Positions 48,655 to 57,010 of a stretch of 64,000 nucleotides of DNA are shown here, piece by piece (position 1 is the first letter of the stretch; each line of letters opens with the position of its first letter). The notes under the pieces are model-generated. The model was not told the DNA's origin, did not search any database, and saw nothing but the letters and a program-made list of their open reading frames with translations. The position numbers and the translations under genes were made by a program. This DNA is from a virus. Location: positions 6,346 through 70,345 of the IMG/VR virus record IMGVR_UViG_3300021368_000007. One strand, written 5' to 3'.

Positions 48655-49416
48655 TTATCCTCTAAAGTTCGATATATCGTTGTAAGTAACAGTATGTTTG
48701 GAATAATAAAAACTTGCTGTCACTTTAGTTGCTTGAGATGTACCTGCTGACAGAGGCACAGCGTCAATAGAATAAGGATAGCAATCAAGCATAGTATATG
48801 TCATTGATGCTCTAGAGTTAGAAGCATTTACTCCCTTCTCTGCCTTGGTAATTAAACACTTACCCAAGTATTGTTCTGGATAGTTTAGTCTAATAGATCT
48901 CTTCTCTTGAATAGCGTTACCACCACCTGCTTCATTCTTAAGAGCAGCTAAATTATCCCCATCCAAATTGTTGTTGGTAACTAACTCAGACTTGTTCTCC
49001 AAATACTCTCCGAAGATAGTATTGTACCACACATTCAGGAATTTTAGTGGAGTCATGTCAGCATCACAAATCCATCCTAGTTGGAAGTCAGTGAACACCC
49101 TAGTATGTGGGTAACTAACCTGACCTTCACCCATTAAAACACCACTCGTCTGCCCTGTTTGTGCAGAGATGTTAGGAAGTTGTGCCTCGTCACAGAATAA
49201 CTTGACAACATCACCCCTATATCCAGCAAGTGTTCCACCACCTGCTACTGCTACAGAACCTCCAAGAGTTGATAGAATACCAACCTCCTTGAGATTCTTT
49301 ACCAATAACGATTCTCCATTACTAACAGTTGGAAAAATCCATTCAATATCATAGGTGTTACTATAAGAGAGACCTCCACTCTTCGTGATAAGGTCCATGA
49401 AGTTCTTTACTGACAC
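48655..49416 (-). CDS. tail tube-like / baseplate tail-tube initiator (gp19/gp54 fold)
   Basis: LFCDEAQLP...YPYSI..VPLS...KVTASFYY. GTG start placed downstream of ATAAATA late promoters. Confidence 0.65.
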   Translation of the reverse strand: MSVKNFMDLITKSGGLSYSNTYDIEWIFPTVSNGESLLVKNLKEVGILSTLGGSVAVAGGGTLAGYRGDVVKLFCDEAQLPNISAQTGQTSGVLMGEGQVSYPHTRVFTDFQLGWICDADMTPLKFLNVWYNTIFGEYLENKSELVTNNNLDGDNLAALKNEAGGGNAIQEKRSIRLNYPEQYLGKCLITKAEKGVNASNSRASMTYTMLDCYPYSIDAVPLSAGTSQATKVTASFYYSKHTVTYNDISNFRG

Positions 49417-49417
49417 G

Positions 49418-49449
49418 CTAAATAATTGTGGTGGTATATTTATATTTAT
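49418..49449. promoter_or_regulatory. divergent late promoters
   Basis: CTAAATA on the plus strand (for gp4) and tandem ATAAATA on the minus strand within a gap of about 30 bp. Confidence 0.6.
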
Positions 49450-49885
49450 GGCGTATTCAGGGATATATAAACCCAAGCACCCACAGAAGTATAAGGGTAA
49501 CCCTACCCGTATCATTTATAGAAGTCTGTGGGAACGTAAGTTTATGTATTTCTGTGACATGAACACCTCCATAGTTGAGTGGGGTAGCGAGGAAGTAATC
49601 ATTCCTTATCGTTGTCCAACGGACGGACGAGTCCACCGCTACTATCCTGACTTCTATATTAAAGTCGCGTCTAAGTCAGGCATGGTCAGTAAATATCTGA
49701 TCGAAGTTAAACCCAAGAAACAAACACAAGCACCGAATGAGAATCCAAAACGTAAGACTGCCTCTTGGAAGAGGGAAGTCCTAACTTACGCTAAGAACCG
49801 CGCTAAGTGGTCCGCAGCGGAGGACTTCTGTGAGGACAGGCAGATGAAATTTTTAATCCTCACCGAAGAACACTTAGGAGTCTAA
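49448..49885 (+). CDS. gp4: head completion nuclease gp4
   Basis: MAYSGIYKPKHPQKYKG...YRSLWE...HRYYPDF...LIEVKP...KW.AA. Confidence 0.9.
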   Translation: MAYSGIYKPKHPQKYKGNPTRIIYRSLWERKFMYFCDMNTSIVEWGSEEVIIPYRCPTDGRVHRYYPDFYIKVASKSGMVSKYLIEVKPKKQTQAPNENPKRKTASWKREVLTYAKNRAKWSAAEDFCEDRQMKFLILTEEHLGV

Positions 49886-49887
49886 CA

Positions 49888-50520
49888 ATGGCACAAGGAT
49901 TTAAGTCTATCCAGCGCACAAAGACTTATAAAAAGTCAACTACATTGTTTGAAAAGGTTAGCAACATGACAGAAGGAGAGAAGAAGTCTCTCTCATGGTA
50001 TAGATCTGCTGTCAAACAAGTTGCATCAGGTTACAAAAAAGATCTAAGCAAGTTCGTTAGAGACGAAAGACAAACAAATGAAGATGAGAATACTCTCCGC
50101 CGATACTCAAAGGAGGGTCACTTGTATATGTTTGAGTACAAAGCGAAGATGAAATACCTACCATACTATGATAGGAATCCTCTCGTCTATGTAATAAAGG
50201 CATCGCCATCAGAATTCTTTGGAGCAAACCTACACTACATGAATCCAAAGAAAAGAATTATGGCAGTGAAGAGATTGATGGAAGGACGAATAGATATACC
50301 TAAGAAGTGCTTCCATAAATACCTACAGAATCATGTAGATGGTCTACTACTTGACCTATCAATAGATGAGTGGGACACCGCCATCTTACTACCAACTGAA
50401 GACTTCGTTAAAAACATTGGGTCAACTGCATTCCCTTACGACAAAGAGCTTGTGTGGGAAGAGACTAGTGAATCTTACTATGACAAAATCAAAGGACGCC
50501 GCGTCGTTAAGAGTTACTAA
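49888..50520 (+). CDS. gp2: DNA end protector protein gp2
   Basis: LYMFEYKAK...LPYYDRNPLV...GANLHYM...HKYL...LPTEDF. Confidence 0.85.
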   Translation: MAQGFKSIQRTKTYKKSTTLFEKVSNMTEGEKKSLSWYRSAVKQVASGYKKDLSKFVRDERQTNEDENTLRRYSKEGHLYMFEYKAKMKYLPYYDRNPLVYVIKASPSEFFGANLHYMNPKKRIMAVKRLMEGRIDIPKKCFHKYLQNHVDGLLLDLSIDEWDTAILLPTEDFVKNIGSTAFPYDKELVWEETSESYYDKIKGRRVVKSY

Positions 50521-51536
50521 TGGCAGAAGATAAAGTATCATATAGTTTTGTTGGGAAGAGGAATCAAGACCCTACTAATAAACAGCGTCTTGAATATCCT
50601 CAAGGGAGGCTGTATGACAATCACACAGACTATGTGAGATTCAATTTTGTAAAGTACAAACCTCCCTTTGCTTCTCTAAAAGGCAATCAATACATTGCTG
50701 ATGATGGCAAACCCAAAGATGGTGCTAAAGCGATAAACATCTACAACAATAGCATCGGAGAGTTCCAGCCTGCTGGACTCCCTAAAGTCTTCATGTATAT
50801 GCCTGAAGATCTGGGTGCTGAATATGGTGCAGAGTGGGGCGGCAAAGGTTTCACCAACACTGGTGCTGATATCATGCGTGTTGCAGGTGCTGCTGTTAAT
50901 GCTCAAGGTGTTGGTGCTGCAGTTGGTACTATCGGACAAGCGTTCGGAAACTTCATGGATAGGGGACCAGCACTAGTTGCTAGTGGAATTACAGAAGCAT
51001 TGAGTAAACTACCAGGCAAAGTTGGTGGTGACATTGGTATTAATGATGTTCTAGGTGGTATCGGTGGTGTAATTCTCAACCCCAATACAGAATTATTGTT
51101 TAGTGCTTTTAACCTAAGAACATTTGGTCTCAACTTTAAGATGTCTCCCAAGAATCAAAAAGAAGCAAAGCATATTCGTGACATCTGCACCACATTTAAA
51201 CGTGCAGCACTCCCCAGACTTGGTGCATCTCCTGCTAATAGTTTGAACAACGTGTTCGGAGGTGAAGCAGGTGCAGAAGAGAACAACAATAGAAACTTTA
51301 TTGGTGTTCCTAACCTGTGTATTGTGGAGTTTATGAAGGGTCCAGATGTTCATCCATATCTTACCCAGTTTAAACCATGTGCTATCACAAATGTATCGGT
51401 ATCCTATACACCTGATGGCAACTACGCTACGTTTGAAGATGGATCTCCTGTTGCTACTCAACTAACGTTGCAGTTCACAGAGTCCAAACTTGTATACAGC
51501 AACGAAATTTCATACGGAGATCAAGGTTCATACTAA
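50520..51536 (+). CDS. gp48: baseplate tail tube cap gp48
   Basis: MYMPED...NPNTELLF...RTF..NFKMSPKNQKEA...VSYTPDG...LQFTE. Confidence 0.85.
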   Translation: MAEDKVSYSFVGKRNQDPTNKQRLEYPQGRLYDNHTDYVRFNFVKYKPPFASLKGNQYIADDGKPKDGAKAINIYNNSIGEFQPAGLPKVFMYMPEDLGAEYGAEWGGKGFTNTGADIMRVAGAAVNAQGVGAAVGTIGQAFGNFMDRGPALVASGITEALSKLPGKVGGDIGINDVLGGIGGVILNPNTELLFSAFNLRTFGLNFKMSPKNQKEAKHIRDICTTFKRAALPRLGASPANSLNNVFGGEAGAEENNNRNFIGVPNLCIVEFMKGPDVHPYLTQFKPCAITNVSVSYTPDGNYATFEDGSPVATQLTLQFTESKLVYSNEISYGDQGSY

Positions 51537-52195
51537 TGCCATACTTTAACTACCTGCCAGACATTAAATATGATACTAAACCTATCAGTTATCCGTTCTC
51601 GGAATCTGAATTTGTTGTAGCGAAAAATTTCTTTCGTAGATTTAAAATCACTGACGAGTTCCAGCAGTATGCTGTCTTCTTTAAGCAGTATACTATCAGT
51701 GACTTTGAAAAACCCTGGCAGGTAGCAAACGCAGCATACGATGATCCCACAAAAGATTGGGTGATCCTACTGACAAATAATGTATTCAACCCATTGTTTG
51801 ATTGGCCTCTAGATTCATACACCTTTAGAAAGTTCATCGAAGGAAAGTATGATGATCCATATGGAACTATCAAACACTACAAAACATATGAAGTCAAAGA
51901 TGGCAATGGTGTTGTAGTACAAAAGGCAGGGATCATTGTTGATGAAGCATTCTTTACTGGATCGCACAAATACTATGACACATTGACTGGTCAAGTTGCT
52001 GTAAGACAGGGCAATGTAATGTGTGGTCCTGTTACTATCTTTGAGCACGAAGAAGAAATAAATGATTCCAAGAAGAACATCTATCTTCTGAAACCAAAGT
52101 ATCTAGATCCATTCATCGATCAGTTCCGTCAGGCAAATAGATACAAGGACTCTACTGATACCATCAGCAGCAGACTGAAGAAGACTGGAGTCTGA
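51536..52195 (+). CDS. gp53: baseplate wedge subunit gp53
   Basis: MPYFNYLPDIKY...KNFFRR...YDDP..DWVILLTN...DWPL. Confidence 0.9.
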   Translation: MPYFNYLPDIKYDTKPISYPFSESEFVVAKNFFRRFKITDEFQQYAVFFKQYTISDFEKPWQVANAAYDDPTKDWVILLTNNVFNPLFDWPLDSYTFRKFIEGKYDDPYGTIKHYKTYEVKDGNGVVVQKAGIIVDEAFFTGSHKYYDTLTGQVAVRQGNVMCGPVTIFEHEEEINDSKKNIYLLKPKYLDPFIDQFRQANRYKDSTDTISSRLKKTGV

Positions 52196-52250
52196 TCGAC
52201 TTTTTTGCATAAAAAATGGCGGGGAAAATTTTTCCCCCGCCATGAAATCA
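52195..52250. repeat. 56-bp element copy 3, doubling as a putative bidirectional terminator
   Basis: ATCGACTTTTTT-N11-GGCGGGGAAAATTTTT-CCCCCGCCATGAAATCA. Contains the hairpin ATGGCGGGG/CCCCGCCAT between the convergent gp53 and pstS genes. Confidence 0.75.
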
Positions 52251-52261
52251 GTTATTCAATT

Positions 52262-53239
52262 TCACTTTAGTGTCTCAGTAGCAGCGAGTGCTTTCTGACG
52301 AAGTGCCTCAGGAAGAGGAACATAACCAAGGGAGTCTGCCTTCTGTTGCTGAGTAGGTGTCAGCATCCAGCGAAGCATCTCCTTTACCTCACCATTCTTC
52401 TCATACTCAGGATAAGCAAGGATCCAAGTCAGGGAGACGATAGGATAAGCATTTTCACCTGCGGGGTTAGCGTCAGCACCACGCAACTGATCATCAAGAA
52501 TGATCTTGTCAAGACCAGCAGCAGAAGTCTGAGCATTAGCGGTGACATAATTACCTGCTTTATTCTGTAGTGCTACCTGTTGGAACTGACCACCAGTTAC
52601 ATAACCATAGTTCAGGTAACCAAGAGCACCATCAAGTTGTTTGATACCAGCAGCAACACCGCTGTTACCTTTACCACCAATACCAACAGGCCACATAACA
52701 GACTTGCCAGTACCTACCTTTTCTTTCCACTCGGGAGAGAATGCTGACAGGGAGTTAGTGAAACCTTTGGTGGTTCCGCTACCATCAGAACGATAAACAG
52801 TTGTGATCTTTTTATCAGCACAACCAAAGGCAGACCAGTTAGTGATCTTACCAAGGAAGACATCAGCCAGTTCAGTCTGTGTCATCTTGGCATCACATCC
52901 AGGATTATTATAAGCGGGGACGATCGCACCGCCCGTCATAGGGATGTGAACCATACCTTCAGCAGGTTGCTTAGCATCACTCACAGCACCATCGCTGGCA
53001 CCAAAGTCAACGGTCTTTGATTTGAACTGACGGACGCCAGCTCCACTACCAACTGCTTGATAGTTTACCTTATTACCTGTTGCTTTGTTGAAATCAACTA
53101 GAACAGAGTTGTAATAGGGGGCAGGGAAGGTAGCACCTGCTCCATTAAGACTCCAAGGTTCGTTTGCTTGGTCGGTGGAACCACATGCCACCACTAGGGG
53201 TGCTGCCATGACGGCAGCAGCGATTGCTTTGAGTTTCAT
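52262..53239 (-). CDS. pstS: phosphate ABC transporter substrate-binding lipoprotein
   Basis: Lipobox VVAC, GAGATFP, VNYQAVGSGAG, DFGASD, RSDGSGTT, YPI. Confidence 0.97.
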   Translation of the reverse strand: MKLKAIAAAVMAAPLVVACGSTDQANEPWSLNGAGATFPAPYYNSVLVDFNKATGNKVNYQAVGSGAGVRQFKSKTVDFGASDGAVSDAKQPAEGMVHIPMTGGAIVPAYNNPGCDAKMTQTELADVFLGKITNWSAFGCADKKITTVYRSDGSGTTKGFTNSLSAFSPEWKEKVGTGKSVMWPVGIGGKGNSGVAAGIKQLDGALGYLNYGYVTGGQFQQVALQNKAGNYVTANAQTSAAGLDKIILDDQLRGADANPAGENAYPIVSLTWILAYPEYEKNGEVKEMLRWMLTPTQQQKADSLGYVPLPEALRQKALAATETLK

Positions 53240-53250
53240 CAGTCAGTGCC

Positions 53251-53619
53251 TCAGAATTTGTACTTGGTGCCGACTTCAACCTTCCAGTCACGGGTGTCAT
53301 CACTATCTTGGAAGATGTTTTCCCACTTACCATAAGCAGAGAACTCATCAGTGATCTTCACTTTAGTTCCAACTTCCAGTGCTTTGAATGTATCATTGTC
53401 ACCACCATCAGGAACGGAAACACCTAGACCTGCCTCAACGTAAGGGGAGAAGCGACCAGTTTTCCATTCGTAACCGACACGTCCTTGATGAACAGCCTTG
53501 CTGTATTCATCATCGGTGCCTTTGAATTCGTGTTTGGACTCAACGTAGGGTCCTGCAAGGGCAGGAGTCGCCAGTGCAGTTGCCGAAACTGCCAGTGCGG
53601 CTAGAGCGATTGCTTTCAT
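53251..53619 (-). CDS. secreted outer-membrane beta-barrel-like protein (DUF680-like)
   Basis: Signal peptide ending PALA|GPYV, amphipathic strands and a terminal KYKF. Adjacent to pstS. Confidence 0.7.
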   Translation of the reverse strand: MKAIALAALAVSATALATPALAGPYVESKHEFKGTDDEYSKAVHQGRVGYEWKTGRFSPYVEAGLGVSVPDGGDNDTFKALEVGTKVKITDEFSAYGKWENIFQDSDDTRDWKVEVGTKYKF

Positions 53620-53666
53620 TTGTAATTCCTTTGTAAAAATAGATCAACGACTTTTGATCTGTGTAT

Positions 53667-53720
53667 ATTTTAACATGCTTAAGGTTATCTTGGGTTAACC
53701 TTAGTTAAAATTTTAACTAA
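53667..53720 (-). promoter_or_regulatory. Pho-box-like promoter of the beta-barrel/pstS operon
   Basis: Direct repeats TTTAACTA / GTTAACCC / GATAACCT at a 10-nt period, upstream of an extended -10 (TGtTAAAAT). Confidence 0.6.
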
Positions 53721-53728
53721 TGCTCAGT

Positions 53729-53754
53729 AAAAAGGGTCTCGGTTAGGAGACCCT
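53729..53754 (-). terminator. intrinsic terminator after gp32
   Basis: AGGGTCTC-CTAACC-GAGACCCT-TTTT. Confidence 0.85.
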
Positions 53755-53778
53755 GGTAAAGTTATTTGAATATCAGAT

Positions 53779-54657
53779 TCAATCTTCTGCTGCGAGAGAA
53801 GCAAAGTAAGACAGAGCATCATCATCGCCAGCAGAGGGAGTGATGTCTGCATCGTTGAACCCACCCGTGCTAGGGGTCACGGGAGCAGGATCTTCTTCAA
53901 ACGATTCGTCCATGCGAGGAGCAGGAGATGCGTTGCCAAGAACCATGTTCAGGCGATTCTCCATTTCTTCGTAGGACTTGAACTGATCACTAGCAGTGAA
54001 TGATTCAAGCGAGTATGCTTGCTGCCAGAGTGCTTCCATCTCATCATCGTCAGCACTCAATGCTTGAGGTGCTGCGAATTCAGATGCATCGTAGTTCCAG
54101 TAACCACCGATGGTGCGGATCTTCAGTTTAAAGTTAGCACCTTCCCAGAAGTCAAAGACGTTGACAGGAGTCTCGTCTTGGAACTCAGGTTGCATGGCAG
54201 CAAGGATCTTGTCATGGATCTTCTTGCCGTACTTGTAGAGAAATACTTTTCCTTCGTTGTCAGGATTGGCAGTGTCCTTGACAACATAGATGTTGCTGTA
54301 GTAAGAGAGTTTGCGCTTGCGTTGACGTGCAATCTCTTTGTCGGATTCTACTCCGCTGTTCCAGAGTTTGTTGTTGGCAGCACAGACAGGGCACTGGTCA
54401 CCATTGGTGGTCAGGCAGTTGTCAATCAACCACCCACCAGGACCTTGGAAGGCGTGAGAATAAACCTTTGCCCAGGGAAGGGACTCGCCCTCGGGAGCAG
54501 GGAGGAAGCGGATCACAGCGTAACCATTGCCAGTCTTATCAAGTGCTGGTTTCCACAGGCGCTCATCAGCACCACCTTCCTTGGTGGATTTGGTGAGTTC
54601 CTTTTGAAGGAAGTCAAAGTTAGCTTGAGACTTGCGCTTCAGATCTGCAAAAGACAT
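53779..54657 (-). CDS. gp32: single-stranded DNA-binding protein gp32
   Basis: MSFADLK...DERLWKP...GYAVIRFLPAP...HAFQGPGGW...CPVC, with an acidic tail. Confidence 0.95.
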   Translation of the reverse strand: MSFADLKRKSQANFDFLQKELTKSTKEGGADERLWKPALDKTGNGYAVIRFLPAPEGESLPWAKVYSHAFQGPGGWLIDNCLTTNGDQCPVCAANNKLWNSGVESDKEIARQRKRKLSYYSNIYVVKDTANPDNEGKVFLYKYGKKIHDKILAAMQPEFQDETPVNVFDFWEGANFKLKIRTIGGYWNYDASEFAAPQALSADDDEMEALWQQAYSLESFTASDQFKSYEEMENRLNMVLGNASPAPRMDESFEEDPAPVTPSTGGFNDADITPSAGDDDALSYFASLAAED

Positions 54658-54711
54658 GTGAGATACCTCGGATTTGTTAGATATGGTTGTATGACTCCCA
54701 ACCACTTAGAC

Positions 54712-54767
54712 ATAATAACATGGCACAGGGCGGGGAGTCAAGTCCCTGTGCCAATTTCCTAACTGGC
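54712..54767 (-). promoter_or_regulatory. early-type promoter of gp32
   Basis: CCAGTT-N4-AATTGGCACA, then TTGACT-18-TATTAT. The -35 box is inside the inverted repeat TGGCACAGGG...CCCTGTGCCA. Confidence 0.65.
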
Positions 54768-55100
54768 GCGGCGGTGCGCTTCTTCCTTGAGTTGTCCTAC
54801 TTTATCAAGAAGTTCATCGAACATCTCCAGGAGATTGTCCGTGGGTTCTGCACCCAGGAGAACAATACTATCCTTCATTGCTTCAATAAATTCTTTTGCC
54901 TCGGGATCATCCGAAAGACTAAGACGCATGTAGAATACCTTTTGCTTTTCGATTAGTGTCTCCAAGACATCAAAGTATTCTATTTGCTTTTCTATAGAGA
55001 GAACTGGGAATGACATCATGGAACGCACACAGAACTGCTGCAGTTCTGCCATCTCCTGAATGTCACCACGGACCATTTCCGATTGAAAGAATTTACTCAT
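54759..55100 (-). CDS. DUF1825-like cyanophage protein
   Basis: FFQSEMV...LIEKQKVFYMRLSLSDDPEA. Confidence 0.7.
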   Translation of the reverse strand: MSKFFQSEMVRGDIQEMAELQQFCVRSMMSFPVLSIEKQIEYFDVLETLIEKQKVFYMRLSLSDDPEAKEFIEAMKDSIVLLGAEPTDNLLEMFDELLDKVGQLKEEAHRRAS

Positions 55101-55345
55101 ACTAGCATCAACTTAGCTCGACTTGTTTTTTTAATGAAGTTTAACTTCTGTGCATCATACTTAAGTTTTTCCTTAAGTGGTTTGCTAATCAGTTTAGAAC
55201 ATGATTCAATTTCAATCTCGTTCATTTCGCAGTAGTGAATGACTGCATCAATGTAATTCATGTCAGAATTATTTAACACTAGTTTTTCCACATCCTGCGA
55301 GAATCTCGCAGCAGTCATAAAGTTATCCTCCAGATTTTTTGCCAT
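55097..55345 (-). CDS. gp33: late promoter transcription accessory protein gp33
   Basis: FSQDVEKLV...NYIDAVIHYCE...KLISKPLKEKLKYDAQKLNF. Confidence 0.9.
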   Translation of the reverse strand: MAKNLEDNFMTAARFSQDVEKLVLNNSDMNYIDAVIHYCEMNEIEIESCSKLISKPLKEKLKYDAQKLNFIKKTSRAKLMLV

Positions 55346-56012
55346 ATTTCTCTTGGTATTCGGTGATGTACTCTTGAAGTCTCAAGAAGTATTCCTTCTT
55401 GGGAGTCACTACTGAAACTTGAACATCACTATTCTCACAAGCAACAATTGTTACTAGCTTCTTCACTGAAATGCCATACAATTCTTGCAAGCAACATGCA
55501 TAAGCAGTCTCTTGCACGTAGTAATCATATAACCACGCTTCTTTCTTTTGTTCAGCAGATGTTTTGAAATCAATAATTGCGAGTTCTCCGTCATACTCTG
55601 CTATGCAGTCCACTCGTCCTGCAACCTTAAGGAAGTCAGAATATAACGCCGCTTCTTGTAGATATATTTTATTTATCTTATTAAGAATATGCTTGCTGGA
55701 GTTAAACATAATCCAGGGAAGAGGCATGTCCTTATACTTCTTGGTGTCCAACTCATTGTTGATGTAGTCTTCTACCAATTTGTGATAACGAGTACCTCTT
55801 CCAGCAGCGCGGGTTGAAGTTGCTTGTGCTTTTTCTTTTCCAACTCTTGCTCTCCATTTAGCAAGTGACTTCTGCTTCTTGGAGTTGTTACTGATCACTG
55901 TTGTGATAGACGGATACTGATTCCCACTAGGAGTGAGATAGTATCTTTTCCCATCAATCATTTCAGCATTCATTTCAATGGGGTCCAACCCAACATGATC
56001 AAAGATGTGCAT
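55323..56012 (-). CDS. PD-(D/E)XK exonuclease
   Basis: YPSITTV...RGT.YH...AGRVDCIAEYDG..AIIDFKTS...Q..AY. Confidence 0.9.
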   Translation of the reverse strand: MHIFDHVGLDPIEMNAEMIDGKRYYLTPSGNQYPSITTVISNNSKKQKSLAKWRARVGKEKAQATSTRAAGRGTRYHKLVEDYINNELDTKKYKDMPLPWIMFNSSKHILNKINKIYLQEAALYSDFLKVAGRVDCIAEYDGELAIIDFKTSAEQKKEAWLYDYYVQETAYACCLQELYGISVKKLVTIVACENSDVQVSVVTPKKEYFLRLQEYITEYQEKYGKKSGG

Positions 56013-56767
56013 TAGAATCCCAAGTTTAGTTTAGCAATTAGATAGTTCTTGACCAGACCAGAACGAACGATGTCTTCAATGCCATACTCAATCATGGCAA
56101 AGTCATCAGTCATACTAGCAATGATCTTTTGGAAGTCCAGGATGCCTGTCTTCTCATTGATCTTCTGAAGGTCAGACTGGTTGGAGTCACCACAGAACAT
56201 GATCTTTGTGTCTTGACCACAACGAGTCATGATCGAATCAAGTTCATGGAAGTTCAGGTTCTGACACTCATCGATGATAACGATAGAGTTGTCTAGTGTA
56301 GTACCACGAAGGAAGGATGTGGACCAGAAGGATATAGTTTCCTGTGCCTTTAGATTTTCATACAACATTTCATACGATGCATCATCAGGCATCTCAAACA
56401 TGGATTGAACCATGTTCTTGTATGGAATCTGATACAGAGATGCTTTATCTTCATGGGTTCCAGGTAAGAAACCAATCTCTCTCGTAGCAACCAGTGAACG
56501 AACGATGTAAACCTTTTCGTATGGTGTGTATTCATCTAGCACATCTCTCAATGCTAGGAAAAGAGCTACGAAAGTCTTACCTGTTCCTGCACAACCTGAT
56601 GCATAAATGTTTTTACCCTCACCATACTGCTCAAACATCAGTCGCTGATTGTCTGTCAGTGGTTCAATGTTCAGAAGGTAGTCAGAATTAATTGGTTTCT
56701 TTCTACGCATCTGTTTGGCAGTCATGCCATTGATATCAGGTTGCGTTTTCTTTCTAGCTCTTGGCAT
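56012..56767 (-). CDS. phoH: PhoH family ATPase
   Basis: GCAGTGKT, GFLPG, LRGTTL, IIDECQN, FCGD..QSDL, DIVRSGLVK. Confidence 0.95.
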   Translation of the reverse strand: MPRARKKTQPDINGMTAKQMRRKKPINSDYLLNIEPLTDNQRLMFEQYGEGKNIYASGCAGTGKTFVALFLALRDVLDEYTPYEKVYIVRSLVATREIGFLPGTHEDKASLYQIPYKNMVQSMFEMPDDASYEMLYENLKAQETISFWSTSFLRGTTLDNSIVIIDECQNLNFHELDSIMTRCGQDTKIMFCGDSNQSDLQKINEKTGILDFQKIIASMTDDFAMIEYGIEDIVRSGLVKNYLIAKLNLGF

Positions 56768-56770
56768 TAA

Positions 56771-57010
56771 TCACCACTCCACTTGCGATCCAGGCATCTT
56801 CGCCATTTTGTTCATGTGTTCAGACCATCCAGGATGAGTCTTGTTCATCTTGTTACGCCAGTCTCCGACTTCTCCGACACCAGCGCAACCTTTAGACCAA
56901 TCTTTATCCCAGTCAGGATTCTTAAGTCTCCACTGATCATACTCTCGCATGGTCATGTGGAGTTCGTCTGTCTCTCCTGTTTTCTTATTTATTACGGGGT
57001 AGGTAGGCAT
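56771..57010 (-). CDS. cyanophage-type hypothetical protein
   Basis: MPTYPVINKKTGE...NPDWDKDWS.G.AGVGEVGDW. Confidence 0.75.
   Translation of the reverse strand: MPTYPVINKKTGETDELHMTMREYDQWRLKNPDWDKDWSKGCAGVGEVGDWRNKMNKTHPGWSEHMNKMAKMPGSQVEW

Noticed and set aside
37503-52250. CRISPR array or IS ends for the 56-bp repeats
   Set aside because: Copies are kilobases apart and flank core genes, with no spacers, transposase or target-site duplications.
54019-54762. 247-aa plus-strand ORF antisense to gp32
   Set aside because: Antisense shadow of a highly biased gene, with non-protein-like composition.
55323-56012. Cas4/CRISPR association of the PD-(D/E)XK nuclease
   Set aside because: It is a core T4-like cyanophage exonuclease in its usual phoH-gp33 context, with no array or cas genes nearby.
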